From Octopus sinensis (taxonomy: Eukaryota), in contig NC_043000.1 of assembly GCF_006345805.1 (NCBI RefSeq), forward strand, positions 71,858,001 to 71,922,000: a DNA stretch of 64,000 bases, given 5' to 3'. Below the pieces are notes generated by a model, which saw only the letters and a list, made by a program, of their open reading frames with translations, was not told the origin of the DNA and ran no database searches. The translations under genes and the position numbers were made by a program. Below are positions 12,538 through 25,178 of the stretch, piece after piece; position 1 is the first letter of the stretch; each line of letters begins with the position of its first letter.

Positions 12538-12831
12538 GAGATAAAGAGAGAGAGAGAGAGAGAAAGAAAGAAAAAAGAGAGAGAAGCAGTATTAATACCA
12601 AAGGGTAAAATTTTCACTAACGGTCTGGTGTCTACCATTGACAACGCCAAAAGAGGCTGAAATCACGTGATCTGGTAATCTTGGCAGCGGAAATAGTGAT
12701 GATTGTCTGCCGCTGATGATAGCTATGATGTGCACCGAAAAACCGTATGAAAGTTTTTCTCTCTTGGTAAATATCGCAGTATTTGTGTGTTCTAACGTAA
12801 CATCCATTTTTAAGTGGTAAATATTTTAGCT

Positions 12832-12946
12832 TACATACATATATGCATGCATGCACACATACATACATACATACATACATACATACATACATACATACAT
12901 ACATACATACATACATACATAGGAACGGTAGGACAAATGTACGCAC

Positions 12947-12977
<31 letters not shown>

Positions 12978-12999
12978 TGTATGTATGTATGTATGTATG

Positions 13000-13033
<34 letters not shown>

Positions 13034-13035
13034 TG
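12832..13035. repeat. Inverted tetranucleotide pair (ACAT)n ... (ATGT)n
   Basis: An approximately 75-bp (ACAT)n run and an approximately 85-bp (ATGT)n run face each other across a spacer of about 28 bp. Confidence 0.9.
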
Positions 13036-13299
13036 AATATATCAAGAGTTCTCAAACCATTTTTTACCTGTGGACCCCCTTGATTCCTGTTTTAACCATT
13101 CAATGTTTGAAAAATATTATTGTATCTTTATAATTAAATATTATTAGGATTTGTATAAAAATTACTAAAATATTTTGTGTATTGTTTACATAACCAATTT
13201 ATTGCACATGAACTTTAACAACTAGCTAAATTCTATGGAAAATGAATGTTCACTAGTAAAATGAATTATAATTATACAAGGACATATTTATTAAAAGAA

Positions 13300-13710
13300 G
13301 ATAGTACTTTAGTGCTACTTTATTTAATGCGAGCCTTGCGGCTGATGCTGTTCTGCTGGTTTGCAATATTCGGCTCCAGCGTAGTCAATGATAACCGAAG
13401 ATCATCTCTTTTTACAATGTCAAGTCGATTACGAGCTTTTGACAGTAAGTTAATGATACAGCTGAAACCAAATTCAACAAAGTAAGATGAAAGAAAAGCA
13501 GTAACGTACAAATGTGCTTTTTCCCAGTGTAGTGGATACTTTGCAGTAGTGCCACTTTTCCATACATTATGTTGTTTCTCATCCTTAAATTTTGCCTGAA
13601 ATATTTCATCGCGCTGCAATTCAATGAGATTCTCCTGCAAACGGTATGTGGTGAAAAAAATTTTTGTTAAATAGAAGAGGTTAGAAAGGTCAAGTGGTGA
13701 AGACATTATT
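13300..13710 (-). mobile_element. hAT (Buster/ZBED8-like) transposase C-terminal fragment
   Basis: YPLHWEKAHLYVTAFLSSYFVEFGFSCIINLLSKARNRLDIVKRDDLRLSLTTLEPNI resembles the hAT dimerisation domain (FPSSYLVExGFS...RNRL..DLRL). Confidence 0.75.
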
Positions 13711-13854
13711 TCGGCCTAGCTAAGGCAATCTGGCAAATGTAAAACTGCTGTCATAGAAAAACTATTGTTTTACCTTGAGAAAAGTTCTGTTGAACTGTTA
13801 CTTGAAATTTGACTATGGTGGATCGAATCCACTTCATGCCTGCAAGATCCACTA

Positions 13855-13925
13855 CATATCTATTGAACACGAAATTAGCTCTCAGCTTGATTATTCTGAA
13901 CTGATTGATGATTTCGCGAATTCCA
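13855..13925 (+). mobile_element. ZMYM1-like hAT C-terminal fragment (second copy at about 31700-31800, minus strand)
   Basis: SIEHEISSQLDYSELIDDFA here and SIEHELSSQLAYSELIDVFAKRK at 31.7 kb. The two nucleotide sequences are clearly homologous. Confidence 0.6.
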
Positions 13926-14172
13926 TTCCGATGTTGAGTATCAATAATAAAAATTGGAAATTGGTATTCACTTTTCAAGATTGATGATTGTTTCAACAAT
14001 TCCATGATAACTTTTCTCACATTATGTTTATAAGCATGTCCGTTAATAATGATCTAGCCATGTAACGTACCTACATAGCTGCCCATGGAAGTGTCTTGTC
14101 AGAACCATTTATAAAAACACCCCCTCCCCACACAGGTCGAAGCAGTCTTGCTACTCCGAGTTTCACCTGTAG

Positions 14173-14963
14173 GTGACAGGATCTTTCGGCAAGTTATGAC
14201 TGGAAATTGATGGAATTTGCACGTCTGTATGTAGTTTTCTTGCATTAGGTGGGATGATGGAGAGAAAATATGATAAATGAGGATCAAAGTAAAACGAAGA
14301 GAAGAAAGAATGAGGAAAAAGGAGAGTAATAGAGAGAAAATGTAAGAAAAGGAAAAAAATAAATAAAAGAGAATAAAAGAGAGTCCACTCCTTCAAATAA
14401 GTCCCTAACCCCCGCTGTTATTCATTTTTAACTGCCAAGTCATTATTTTATTTATTTACTTATTCATCTATCTCTTCCCTTAAATGCTACTAATTCCCGA
14501 GTTTATCGTCTATTATTTTTGCTATTGAATTTTTCCATTGTATTTTTTGATCGTTCTGACACAAATCCTATTTCATTTTCTCCTATTCATTTCCTTTCCT
14601 TCCTCTTATTCTCTTTTTACTCCTTCCCTTTTTCTTTATCTTTTTCTCTATTCCATCTTTTTTCTTTTGTTGTTTTTCTTTATTTGTTTTTTTCTTGTCT
14701 TTTTCAATTTTTCCTCCCCTTTCTTTTCTGCTTTCTTCCCCTCTACCTCTTTCTCATTGTCTTCCTTTCATTCACTTTTATTTTTTCCTTTTCTTTCATT
14801 TTCTCTCTGTTATTCTCCTTTCTTTTCCCTTCTCTTCGCTTTTTACTCTTCCCCCTTTTATCATACTTTCTCTCCATAACCACACTCTATGCATGAAAAC
14901 TATAAATATAGAAGTGCAAATCCCATTAATTTCCAGTCATAACTTGCCTAAAAATCCTGTCAT
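14173..14963. repeat. Foldback structure with imperfect inverted arms of about 210 bp
   Basis: The reverse complement of 14173-14390 aligns by eye with 14760-14963. For example aatttccagtcataacttgcc(g/t)aaa(g/a)atcctgtca is present on both arms, along with matching purine/pyrimidine tracts. Confidence 0.75.
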
Positions 14964-14964
14964 C

Positions 14965-16510
14965 GACGCTGTTCAGAGAGATCTGAACAAAAGGGATTGT
15001 CCACCATGTTGGAAGAAGGCAAAGGGATGTTTCATACCAAAGGAAGACATTTCCTTAGGCATTAACCAGTTCAGATCTATCTCATTCCTGAGTGCTGAAG
15101 GGAAAATCAGAGGAGTGTTTGATGAGGACTGATATATTAGGGCTTCCGGGAAAATACAAGGTATGGTTCTTCCAACACGGACTGAACCTAAGACTCGTAT
15201 GGTTATTGACAGTATATGAGATTCTAATGACAAGTGTAGAAAGAGGGGAAAGAAAGGTAAACAAACACCCCCGAAGGTGCATCTAATCCACACACGCAAG
15301 TTTTACTTCAATAGACCTGTCTTCTGTGGTGGAAGAATTCAAGGTCGTGAACTGTAGGTTTGTAATGTTGTTTAGGGACCTCTTGGATGAGCTTGTCAGA
15401 CATGCAGGCACCACAACAACGTCCAGGCGAAAGTGAGAGGCCAGCACCACAGTCGCACAGGATGAAAGCATGCTGAAGCTATGTGACACCATTGGAATTA
15501 CATACAGAGGATAGAAGGGTCTCAATTCTTCTCAATTCAGGTATCTTAGAGAGCCTGAACTAAATGGGACTTCCTCATGAGGAAGGTCATTTGAACAGAC
15601 CTATGGAGACTTGAACCTTTCCATATCTCCTCCCTGTTGTGGAGGTGTATGGCACACTTCTTACGCCAACAAACCTGCACAGATGGGGTTTAAAGGGGGA
15701 CCCGCTGTCTAGACTTTGTGGAGAAAGAGGCACCCTGACACACATCTTATCTGGGTGCAAAATAGCACTTAGTCAAGGGAGAAATAAGTGACGCCATGAC
15801 AAGGTGCTTGCAACACTCGCTCACACACTGGAACAGGAGAGGCTCAAGAAACACCATCACCAGGAGAAAACAGCAGCATTAATTAAGTTCGTGAAAGAAG
15901 GAGAAAATCCAGCGAGGTCAGCAAATAGGACAAATGGCTTACTATATGGGTCCCAATTATAGGATACGAGAGTGGAACTAAGAGAAAGACTGAAGTTTTC
16001 CCAGGTCGTCCATTCAACCCTGAAGCCAGATGTAGTTCTGTACTCTGAAAAGGCAAAGAAAATAATCTTGATCAAGCTTAAGAAGGGTGTGATCAGGCAA
16101 ACGAATTGAAGCGTGCCCTGTACGAGAATCTTCATCATTGCAGGGAGAATGGATGGCAGTCATTGCTTTCTCAGTTTGAAGTTGGCTGTAGGGGATTTCC
16201 TACTCAGTAGGTATGGAGGATGCTTACAGCCACTGGAACGAGAAGAAAAGAGCGAAGGGTTGCTGTGCACAGGATGGGAAATGTAGCAGAAAGAGTCTCT
16301 TGTTGGTTATTGAGCAGGAGAGGAGTTAATCTGGAAGTCAGGAGGAGATGATAAGTAGTGAATTGGCCACTTCTACCGACCCACCAACGAGAGGGTGTAA
16401 CGGTTCTGGGTCGAAACACCCAACGATCGTCGGATGCCGTCCGATCACAGTTCCTTCTGGCAAAGCTCCATTCACTCTGGTTAAAAACCCTCACGAACAA
16501 TGCATGCTTT
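14965..16510 (+). mobile_element. HERO-like RLE-type (R2 superfamily) non-LTR retrotransposon, truncated, internally deleted and decayed
   Basis: RT start WKKAKGCFIPKED...QFRSISFLSAEGKI; CCHC RLCGERGTLTHILSGC; restriction-like endonuclease KPDVVLYSEKAKKIILIKL and EVGCRGFP; 3' UTR containing gggtgt...cgaaacacccaa. Confidence 0.75.
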
Positions 16511-16614
16511 GATTCTTCTCTAATCAGAAATACTTCGACGAAGCAAAAAGTTTGCCAATAGAAAGTACAGATGGGTATGTGTAGATCCTTCAGATGTCCC
16601 CAGAGTGATTCAGC

Positions 16615-19395
16615 CACCCTGCTTAATATCTCCGTCCAGTTCTTCTCTATCTGGAGGCCTGGTCCAAACCAAACTCCCAGCAACTTAACCGGTCCCTCCG
16701 TCCAGCGCCTAACAACGCTGTCTGAAGGCACCGACTTGCCAACCCAGGTGCCGAGCTGCAAGCCGACCGACTTTTCCCGGTTAATCTTTGCTCCTGCCAC
16801 CTCCTCGTAAGCCTCAATAGTGTTACCCACTTCACGCAGGCGTGCTACTGAGGTTAAGCTGATAGTGATATCATCCGCGTAAGCCGTAACAAACTCCTCT
16901 AGACCTGGTTCTCTCGAGATGCCACTCAACCTTCGCAGTAAGGGCTCGAGAGCCATCACATACAAAAGTGGTGAGAGCGGACATCCTTGACGAACCGAGT
17001 GTCAGATGCAGAACGGCTTCGAAAGGAAACCGTTCACCCGAACTATCGAGTCAATGTTGTGGTACAAAGCGATAAGCCACTTGAGGAAGCCAAGGTCCAG
17101 GCCAAACCGCGCAAGCACAGTCGCCAGGTATCGATGGTCAACCCAATCAAAAACTTTAGACTGGTCCAAATGTACCAATGCCCCACCTTTGCCAGATTTA
17201 TTACCAACCCTCTCTATGGTATAGTGAATAAGATGGAGGGTATCCTGAATGGTTCTGCCTGGGATGGCACATGTCTGTGCCTCCCCGACTATATGATTCG
17301 CGACACGCGCCAACCTTTTTGCTAAGACCTTGGTCAAAATTTTCACTTCTGCGTTTAACAGAGTGATGGGCCTGAAATTCTCTATAACGTCCCCTTTGTC
17401 CGGGTCCTTTCTGACCAACTCCCCGGCACACAGATCTGGGGATTAACCTATTCTGTTGCCAGTTCGCCTACACGTCAGCCAGTAGTTGCCCGAACAAGTC
17501 TGGCATACATTTATACAGCTCGTGCGGAAGACCATCAAGTCCCAACGACTTACCTGCTTTACAGTCGGTCAAAGCCTCCATCACCTCCTCAGGCGTGATT
17601 GGTCCTTCGCAAGACTCCGCATGTTGGGTGCATAAATAGCGACCAGCCTGATTGTCTTGTCACAACTGAATGTCAGGTCAAGAACGACCAACCTGCCTTC
17701 TGGGTCAGAAAAAAACCAACTTTTTCTCGGCTACCCGGTTTCTTTTTAGTAGGACCAACACTCCACCCCCACCTCCCGCCCGACTCGGAGAAACGTATTT
17801 CTCGTAGCCATTCAGGAGGGGGAGCAGATCTCTTGGCCCCTTCACACGGGTTTCCGTTGCAACAATTACATCCAAATTTCTCGACCTGATGTCATTTAAG
17901 AAGCATCCTTGATTCCAGCTTGACATCAGACCACGAACTTTTATACAACCAATGTGAATAGACATGACTTACCTTTTAGATCGGGGCGTCTTGTGGAGAG
18001 GGGTTCTCCACCTTTTCTTGACTTAGGGTCGGAGATGGTAAACCTTCAAACATGGATTGGTGAAAATCAAGTTGAGACCGATTTTCTATGTGTTAGGCAA
18101 CATGTACGTTTTTTCGTCCAAATCAATTAATCGAGTTGCTGATTTTTTGGTTTTTATTTCCCGCATTAAACCTTCGTTTTTACTGTATAGTGTAGCTATT
18201 CCTCTGTTCGTTACCCGCTCCGCTTTCCTCGGTCTGTCTCTCTTGGCTGTTTTTTTTTTGTCTCGGCTCGCTCTGCTTTTGCTGGTTCGATCCTTCCATT
18301 TTCCTTTTATTGTTTATTTTTCTTTCAGTTTCTCTCTCTCTCTTTCTTCGTCCTCGCCGTCTGATTCTTCTACACCTTCTTTACAGTATTTTTTAATGTG
18401 ACCCAGTTGGCCACACTGGAAACATCGGGGCTTACGCCCCTCAACAAAAATATTTAGAACTTCCTCCCCTACTTCCACGATTTCTGAGAGTTGTTCTAAA
18501 ATTTTTGGTAAGCCTGTAATATGATGTTAAGCGTCTGACCTGTCCAATAAGTATTTTCTGTGACGGTAGCCTGCAGAAGGTTAATACTATCTTCCCTGTT
18601 TGCCAGGATTGCCGCCATCAAGCACATAGGGTTTACACTGGGTGGAATTCTAGGTATTCTCATTTTGACGTTCTCATTCTCATGTAGATTGGGATTAACA
18701 TAGTGTCGTCCGACTCTAAAGATTTTATAGAGTGTTTTTGTACCGTTTCTGCATTCTTGAACCTCACCACGATGGTTCCAAACTTCTTCCCTCTGGTTAG
18801 ATATGTAATGTCCTGCCAGATGGGTTTTAGACATTTTTCAATTTTTTGTTCACCTATTTTATCAAAAGGTCTTAAAAATAATGATTTTCTTTTTTTCCTC
18901 CGTTAATTCTTCTTCTGGTATTTCTACTTTGACAATTCCATTTCGTTCTGTTATCATATCTTAATATTTTAAATATTCTTTTATGTCAGTTGACAGCTGT
19001 CGCATTTCACCACCAGCCGCTGACGCAAAACTTTTCTTTTCTTCATTTTGGATGGTCCTTTTTTCTGTCTTCCTATTGGTGTTCGTAACACTTGGTAATG
19101 TTGGAAATTCGTCTTCCGACACACCAGAAACGTTGTCTAAAATTAAGCTTTCTATTTTCTTGGCTTCTTTTTCAATCGATTCTTCCCCCGACGAAGAACA
19201 CGAACTTTTCGGCATCTTGCCGGCAATTTATGTTTTTCCCCACAGGGGAAAACCACAGATAGCTTTCGAAAGAAAACTATACTATAATTTTTTCAACAAT
19301 AAGTCCAACAATAGGCACAACAAGAAATATAACAATTAATAGGAACTTACGAACACACTCCAACAATAAATTTTCGGTAACAAACGTACGATATA
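16615..19395 (-). mobile_element. L1/Tx1-clade LINE with 5' UTR, ORF1 and partial ORF2; internally deleted and 3'-truncated
   Basis: ORF1 starts at 19215 and carries the zinc knuckle CFQCGQLGHIKKYC (18424-18383). ORF2 starts at 17965 (MSIHIGCIKVRGL...DVIVATETR). RT motifs: ENFRPITLLNAEVKILTKVLAKRL, LDQSKVFDWVDH, QGCPLSPLLYVMALEPL, AYADDIT. The RT follows only about 350 bp after the APE start. Confidence 0.88.
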
Positions 19396-19729
19396 CCACA
19401 ATGCATTTCGCCCGGCGTGCTAACGATTCTGACAACTCGCTGCGTGGAGAGTGTTTGTGGACGGGTGAGTGAATTTGATGTTGCTCAAAGGGGTACGGAA
19501 CCAGCAAGATGCGACAGTGAGGGGTGGGGAGTAAACCAGCATATGTTAATGGGCCCCGCTGATGATATCGGGGGTTGCGTTCTATGCTTTGACCCGAGCA
19601 TAGAACGGGACTCGCCTCTTTGAGCTGGGAAATGAAATGCGTGGTGTGTGTCTTGTTGTGGCTACCCACTCCTAAAAAAATGGGGAATAGGCCTGGATAT
19701 GATAGATCGGTAGCCACTACACACATTTT

Positions 19730-19875
19730 TTTCTCTCCTTGTTTCTTTCTGTGTTCCTTTCTGTAGAAGAGCTTAGGCTCGAAACGTAAAAGACTTTTTC
19801 AATTCCTGAGCGTTATACAAATACATATGTTTGTTTTCTACAGCACTTGTCTTCATCTTTTGGTTTTTTTCGTGA
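19730..19875 (+). mobile_element. Probable Penelope-like element terminal fragment
   Basis: GAAGAGCTTAGGCTCGAAACGT resembles the conserved Penelope pseudo-LTR end motif. Confidence 0.4.
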
Positions 19876-19877
19876 GT

Positions 19878-19971
<94 letters not shown>

Positions 19972-21149
19972 GTCTATCTATTTATCTCTATCTCTCCCCT
20001 CTCTCTATATGTATGTATATCATTGTTCAGTTTTATTTCAAGATTTCTTGCCAATATGTATGTATGCATGTATGTATGTATGTATGTATGTATATATGCA
20101 ATATATGTATTTAGCATGCATGGAAAGCGTGCTCATTCCCGAAAGCAGATGTATGATGTGTATAGAAAGTTCTAAATTCCTAATCCCCAGACAAAACTTG
20201 TTACGTATAATAATACATGTGTTGGACCAGAAATGTGAAACGGAGGCACAATATATGAAAAGTTGTCTTCAGTGCATGCACGCCCCCACCACAGAGGCCA
20301 TTATATAAATTTCATTGTGTTGGGTGTTCGAATTCACAAAATTCATCATTTTTAAGGAACCATTCAATCTGTTAAACATACCACGTTCTAAATTAGTGTT
20401 CCTTTTTGTTCTGTGTGATAAACATCTTGTATTTATATCAAATGTACAGATGTGTTTTCTTGAACAACCCTGTATCAATTTATGATTGGACTTGCCCTTT
20501 TTTCAGTAAATAACTCATCTAGACAGTATTTGTCTAGATTGAGTATTGAGTTAATTACTTGTTTACGCAAACTTTTCCCTAAAGCAAAGATATTTTTCCT
20601 TTGATATTTTAATTTCATTTGAATATATTTTTTTCATCCATTTGTCTTGGATTTTGTACATTCAAAAAGAATAGATAAACTGAAGCTACCTCTGATCATT
20701 ATCTGCAAAGTACTGAGAAAAAATTAAAATTCTTTTGGATTTTTACCCAGAAAAAGTATATATAGGAATGTTTACAGGAACATTTGTTAAGCTAAACAAT
20801 TTTCTGCTTGAATGTGTAACTAAATGCTTTACAAATGATGGCTATTTATTTCTCATCCTCTACACCTTAGTCATCTAAATGGACGCTTCTACCTTCCATA
20901 CTCATTAGACGTTAAACGAGAAAGAATTTCAGCTCCAGTATTAACCGCTTAATCAAAGGAAAATATTCGATTTTCCTATGATGCAGCATAGTCTTCGTGA
21001 ACTTTTTGTTGGTTTTTAAGTGGTATTTCTGCTACCTTCCAATCGGAGATGAATAAAATTGATTGGGTCTATTCGATTGACTTGATTCTCCTTGTGAAAC
21101 CAAACCCATATAATATTTATACTATATTGTGTTCCATACTAAGTCATAT

Positions 21150-21341
21150 TTTCTTTCATTCTTTCATTTGTTTCAGCCATTTGACTGCGGCCATGCTGGG
21201 CACCGCCATTAGTCGAACAAATCGACCCCAGGACTTATTATTTGTAAGCCTAGTACTTATTCTATCGGTCTCTTTTGCCGAACCGGTGAGTTGCAGGAAT
21301 GTAAACACACCAGCATCGGTTGTCAAGCGATGGTGTAGGGA

Positions 21342-21416
<75 letters not shown>

Positions 21417-21580
21417 ACACACATATATACGACGGGCTTCTTTCAATTTTCCGTCTACCAAATCCACTCACAAGGCTTTGGTCGGCCCGAGGCTATAATA
21501 GAAGACACTTGCCTAAGTGGGATTGAACCCGGAACCATGTGGCTGATATGCAAGCTACTTACAACACACCCACTCGCGCA
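21150..21580 (-). mobile_element. tRNA-derived SINE, family B (internal microsatellite)
   Basis: Head ggttccgggttcaatccca...ggcaagtgtcttcta, internal (CA)n and a conserved 3' part. Near-identical architecture at 35670-36147 and 52830-53310. Confidence 0.85.
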
Positions 21581-22330
21581 CCTTAATGTTCTCAGATAAA
21601 TTGCGCTCACAGTTTGTAACTGATATTCTAGAATTGGCCAATACGTAAGCTTAGTGGGGTGAAGTTATTTGAATTTGAAACATTTCTATCAATTCAAAAA
21701 CAAAAAAAAAAAAAACACTTTATAAATCAGTATATTGAAGAATTTACATATATCTTTTTATTTTTTATTTAGGACATCAGTCAGTATATGAAAAAATCAA
21801 AAGGAAACAACTCAAACAATAAAGAAAAATTTATCAAGTTTAGAATTCGTTTTTAGCTTAAACAAATTTACTTCGATTTGTTTTGAGGTTAGTAAAATAG
21901 TTTGAGAACAGAATTTAAAATATAGAGTAAAATAATTATCTAAACCAAAATTGATATTGATCAATTCACAAATGTCCTTGAAAAATTTAGAACAAAAACC
22001 ATAATTAGTTTATGGATTTCTACTGATTTCATCGAAATTCATTTGGTTATTAAATACTTAATTATGTACGCTGTTTGCATTCCAAAATTTCGATGAAACT
22101 CATAAAGTAGCTCGGCTTTAATGCCGAGTTATTTCTTCTTTCTATACGAAAGTTATTGCAATAAAAACCAAATTTTATTACCTATAGTAATTTTGAGTTT
22201 AAATTCTCTTATTCTTCAGGGTGTCAGTCAACTAGAAAGAAGAATAGCGTCTGCTGTAGAATATTCCAGTAAATGTGTTCTTGGTACACCATTTTCATAC
22301 TGGTGAAAATAGGAAAACCTAAAAGGATGT

Positions 22331-22902
22331 TCAGGATTTCCTTTTATATACTGCGAATACTTTCTGTAGCAACTGGCTGTGTGCTACGTTGTCGACAAGA
22401 TACTGATATGTCGGTATGTTGATTAAGTATTTGCTGTGTGGCTGTGTGCTTAATGACACAAGAGCTCTTATGTTTCGCCAACGTCGCTTGCCAACACTGA
22501 CCAAATACATTTCAAAACCCGAATCTTTAAAAGCATTAGCTTCGATCAACATATCAGGGGTGATATTCGTTACTGAAGGGTCAATAAAGAGAACACCGAT
22601 TAAGCGTTTAAAATGGTTTCCCTGATCTTCTACACCTTTTTTATATAGTATGTCACCCATTCTCTTGATGACTCCAATTGTACCCGAAGACTTTCTAAGT
22701 GTTATGTCTTTAGTGAAATTATAATTCTTTCTTTTAGTGAATGGGGATAACGGAATGCTATAATCTTTTGGTAAGTAAGAGTTCGTCACAACGCCAAAAT
22801 ATCCGGTAGATTTATTTGGAAGTAATAAATTGATAAACTTGAAGATCATTTTAGTACGATATTCCCCTAGGCTCAAGTAGTCGAAACCAAATATCACAGT
22901 AT
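22331..22902 (-). CDS. VWA-domain gene, terminal exon: degenerate VWA domain
   Basis: Acceptor ttttgtattttacag|AT (phase 1), open to TGA at 22333-22331. The VWA strand/helix pattern is recognisable (DTVIFGFD, YFGVVT, IGVLFID, EANAFKDSGFEMYLVSVG, LVSLSTQP), but the DxSxS and TDG MIDAS residues are lost. Confidence 0.8.
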
Positions 22903-23207
22903 CTGTAAAATACAAAAAACAAAAAGAAACAATTATTGTAAAAGCAATAGATAAATTGCCATTATATGCTTTCTTACGTAGGAATGTGTGAAAAGTCTCA
23001 CCGAGAAAAAACGCGTTTTCCGTGAATCTAGTTGGCAATTCCACTCCTAGCTAGAAAGACTTTACTCACGCCTATTGCGTCATGTATATCCAGAACAACC
23101 TTTGTTCACTGCCCTTTCTTTTTCAAGATAGAGAGTAATATAGCTGCTCTTTCTTAGCGATCGAGCGATGCTGTAGAATTATTCTCGTTGGCTCGATTAT
23201 GAATATA

Positions 23208-24458
23208 CAAGTGTTGGACAAAATAATGGATCATAGCATCATAAGTTTGAAATACCTATAAAACTGTCAAAAGCTTGTTTATTTTTATGTTTTTTGATTT
23301 ATTGTTAGTGTTGCTTAATATGTTTTGCTAAAATTGCTGTTTCTTTTCAGATATCATCAGACAAGGGTAATTAAAATTCATTAAATGAAAGATTTATCGG
23401 AATTTCAAAGAGGTCAAATTGTTGGTGCTCGTATGGGAGGCGCTAGCGTAACGAAAACAGCCGAAATGTCTGGTGTATCAAGAAGTACTGTCTCGAAAGT
23501 AATGACAGCCTTTGAGAAAGAGGGACAAACCTCCTCGTTAAAACAAAACTCCGGAAGAAAGCCAAACCTTTCAGATAGGGACCGTCGGACTCTTACGCGA
23601 ATTGTTAGAAATTATCACAAAACTACAGCTCCCAAAATTACTGCAGAGCTTAATGACCACCTAGAGAACCCAGTTTACACAAAAACTGTTTGCCAGGAGC
23701 TGCAAAAAGTTGGATTTTACGGGAGGGCTGCAATCAGAAAACCACTACTTTCAAAAACAAACGTTGCAAAGCGTTTAGAGTGGAGTAAAAACCTACAGAA
23801 TTGGTCCCGTGGTTCCATGAGCAGTGGAAGAATGTTATTTTCTCGGTCGAGTCATTCTTTACCTTATTTCCGACAACCGGCCGAGTATATGTGTGGAGAC
23901 AACCAAAAGAAGCATTTGACCCAAACTGCTTTCTTCCAACTGTTAAATATGGAGGAGGATCTGTGATGATCTGAGGTCTATATCTTGTAAATCAACCAGC
24001 CCAATGGTTTCCCTTCGTGGCAGAATTAATAGTCCAGACTATTTAAGCATTTTATCTGATCAAATTCATCCTATGGTTGCGGAACTGTTTCCGGAGGGAA
24101 ACTCAATCCTTCAGGATGATAATGCACCAATTCACACAGCTAAAGTTGTTACTGAATGGCACAAGGAACATTTTAGTTGAGTTGAACATCTTATCTGGTC
24201 ACCACAGTCCCAAAATATTATTGAACATTTATGGTGCATTTTAGAAAAACAAGTAAAGAGTCGATATCCTCCACCATCATCACTACAAGAACTGGAGACT
24301 GTTTTAGCTGAAGAATGGACAAAGATTCTTTTGGAAACAATTCAAACTTTGTACGAGTCTATACTTCATAGAATGTAAGCTGTAATTACTGCTAAAGGCG
24401 GTCCTACACCATATTAAAATAAATTTGTTTGAAATTTTAAGGTGTTGTCCAATACCTG
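23208..24458 (+). mobile_element. Full-length Tc1-family DNA transposon (decayed) in the last intron of the VWA gene
   Basis: The ORF from 23385 has a paired-like HTH (MKDLSEFQRGQIVGAR...VSRSTVSKV) and GRKP. DD34E motifs are visible as FSvES, QDDNAPIH and NIIEHLW. TIRs CAAGTGTTGGACAA and CAGGTATTGGACAA match at 12/14, with TA on the left. Confidence 0.88.
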
Positions 24459-24590
24459 TGTATAGGAATCACAGACACTTGGCATGAAGAGAATCGAACA
24501 AACATTTCATTGTTTCTACTGTTCATCCTAATTATTAACGCAGAATAAATCAATTAAGATATATCTTAAAACAAATATACATAAGTTTAC

Positions 24591-25178
24591 CTGAATTAGT
24601 ATCCTCTTCATATTCTTTGTGTTCTTTCGTGTCATATTTAGGTTTTTTAGTAGGACTGACAGGCTCTTTTGGCGTTGACTTTTTGTCTTTTTTCGGTGCT
24701 TCAGTGGGTTCGACGACATACTCTACCTCGCCTTCAACAATTTCGTTTCCACTTTTATCGTCTGGGCCCGTTTTCTTCCATGGGGATACTTCACTTGAAG
24801 CTGTTGGTAAACTCTTCGGCAGAGTTTTATTTTTCTTATTAGGTCGTTTCTTTTTCGATTTTGATTTTTTGTTTTTCTTTGGTTTTGCAGGTTTTTTCTT
24901 TGCTTTGGTGTTAATTTTAGTAGATTCGGAAGTATTTTCAGCTAATCCATCGAAATCAGAGTCGCTATCAACATCCGTCTCAAAATCGCCATCAATTACT
25001 GATTCGATATCAAATTCATTGGTAGTGAAGTTAGTTGTCTTTTTTGAGGTTATTTCTTTCTCATTTGTATTTGCACTTTGATAGGATTTTATCTGTTGAA
25101 ATTGTAAAATAGGAAGGATTGTTGGTGATTCAGGTGCTAATTCACTTCGTTCTTTTCGGCCAGTTTTCGTGAGGGAAT
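24591..25178 (-). CDS. VWA-domain gene, internal exon: acidic then Lys-rich low-complexity region (196 codons)
   Basis: Acceptor ttttatattttaag|AT and donor TCAG|gtaaac. The exon is 588 bp, stop-free and phase 1-1. It encodes ...EFDIESVIDGDFETDVDSDSDFDG...KAKKKPAKPKKNKKSKSKKKRPNKKNK...EEDTNS. It is absent from the ORF track because it has no start codon. Confidence 0.85.

Noticed and set aside
12417-13133. MYVCMYVC/HTYIHTYI ORFs (also at 34.5, 35.2, 37.0, 38.0 and 52.4-53.7 kb)
   Set aside because: Di- and tetranucleotide microsatellites lacking stop codons.
20230-20480. Short Cys-containing ORFs downstream of the VWA gene's last exon
   Set aside because: No domain similarity and weak splice signals. 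The VWA frame already terminates at 22331.
24617-25081. 154-aa Phe/Ser-rich plus-strand ORF
   Set aside because: Antisense shadow of the Lys/Asp-rich exon on the minus strand.
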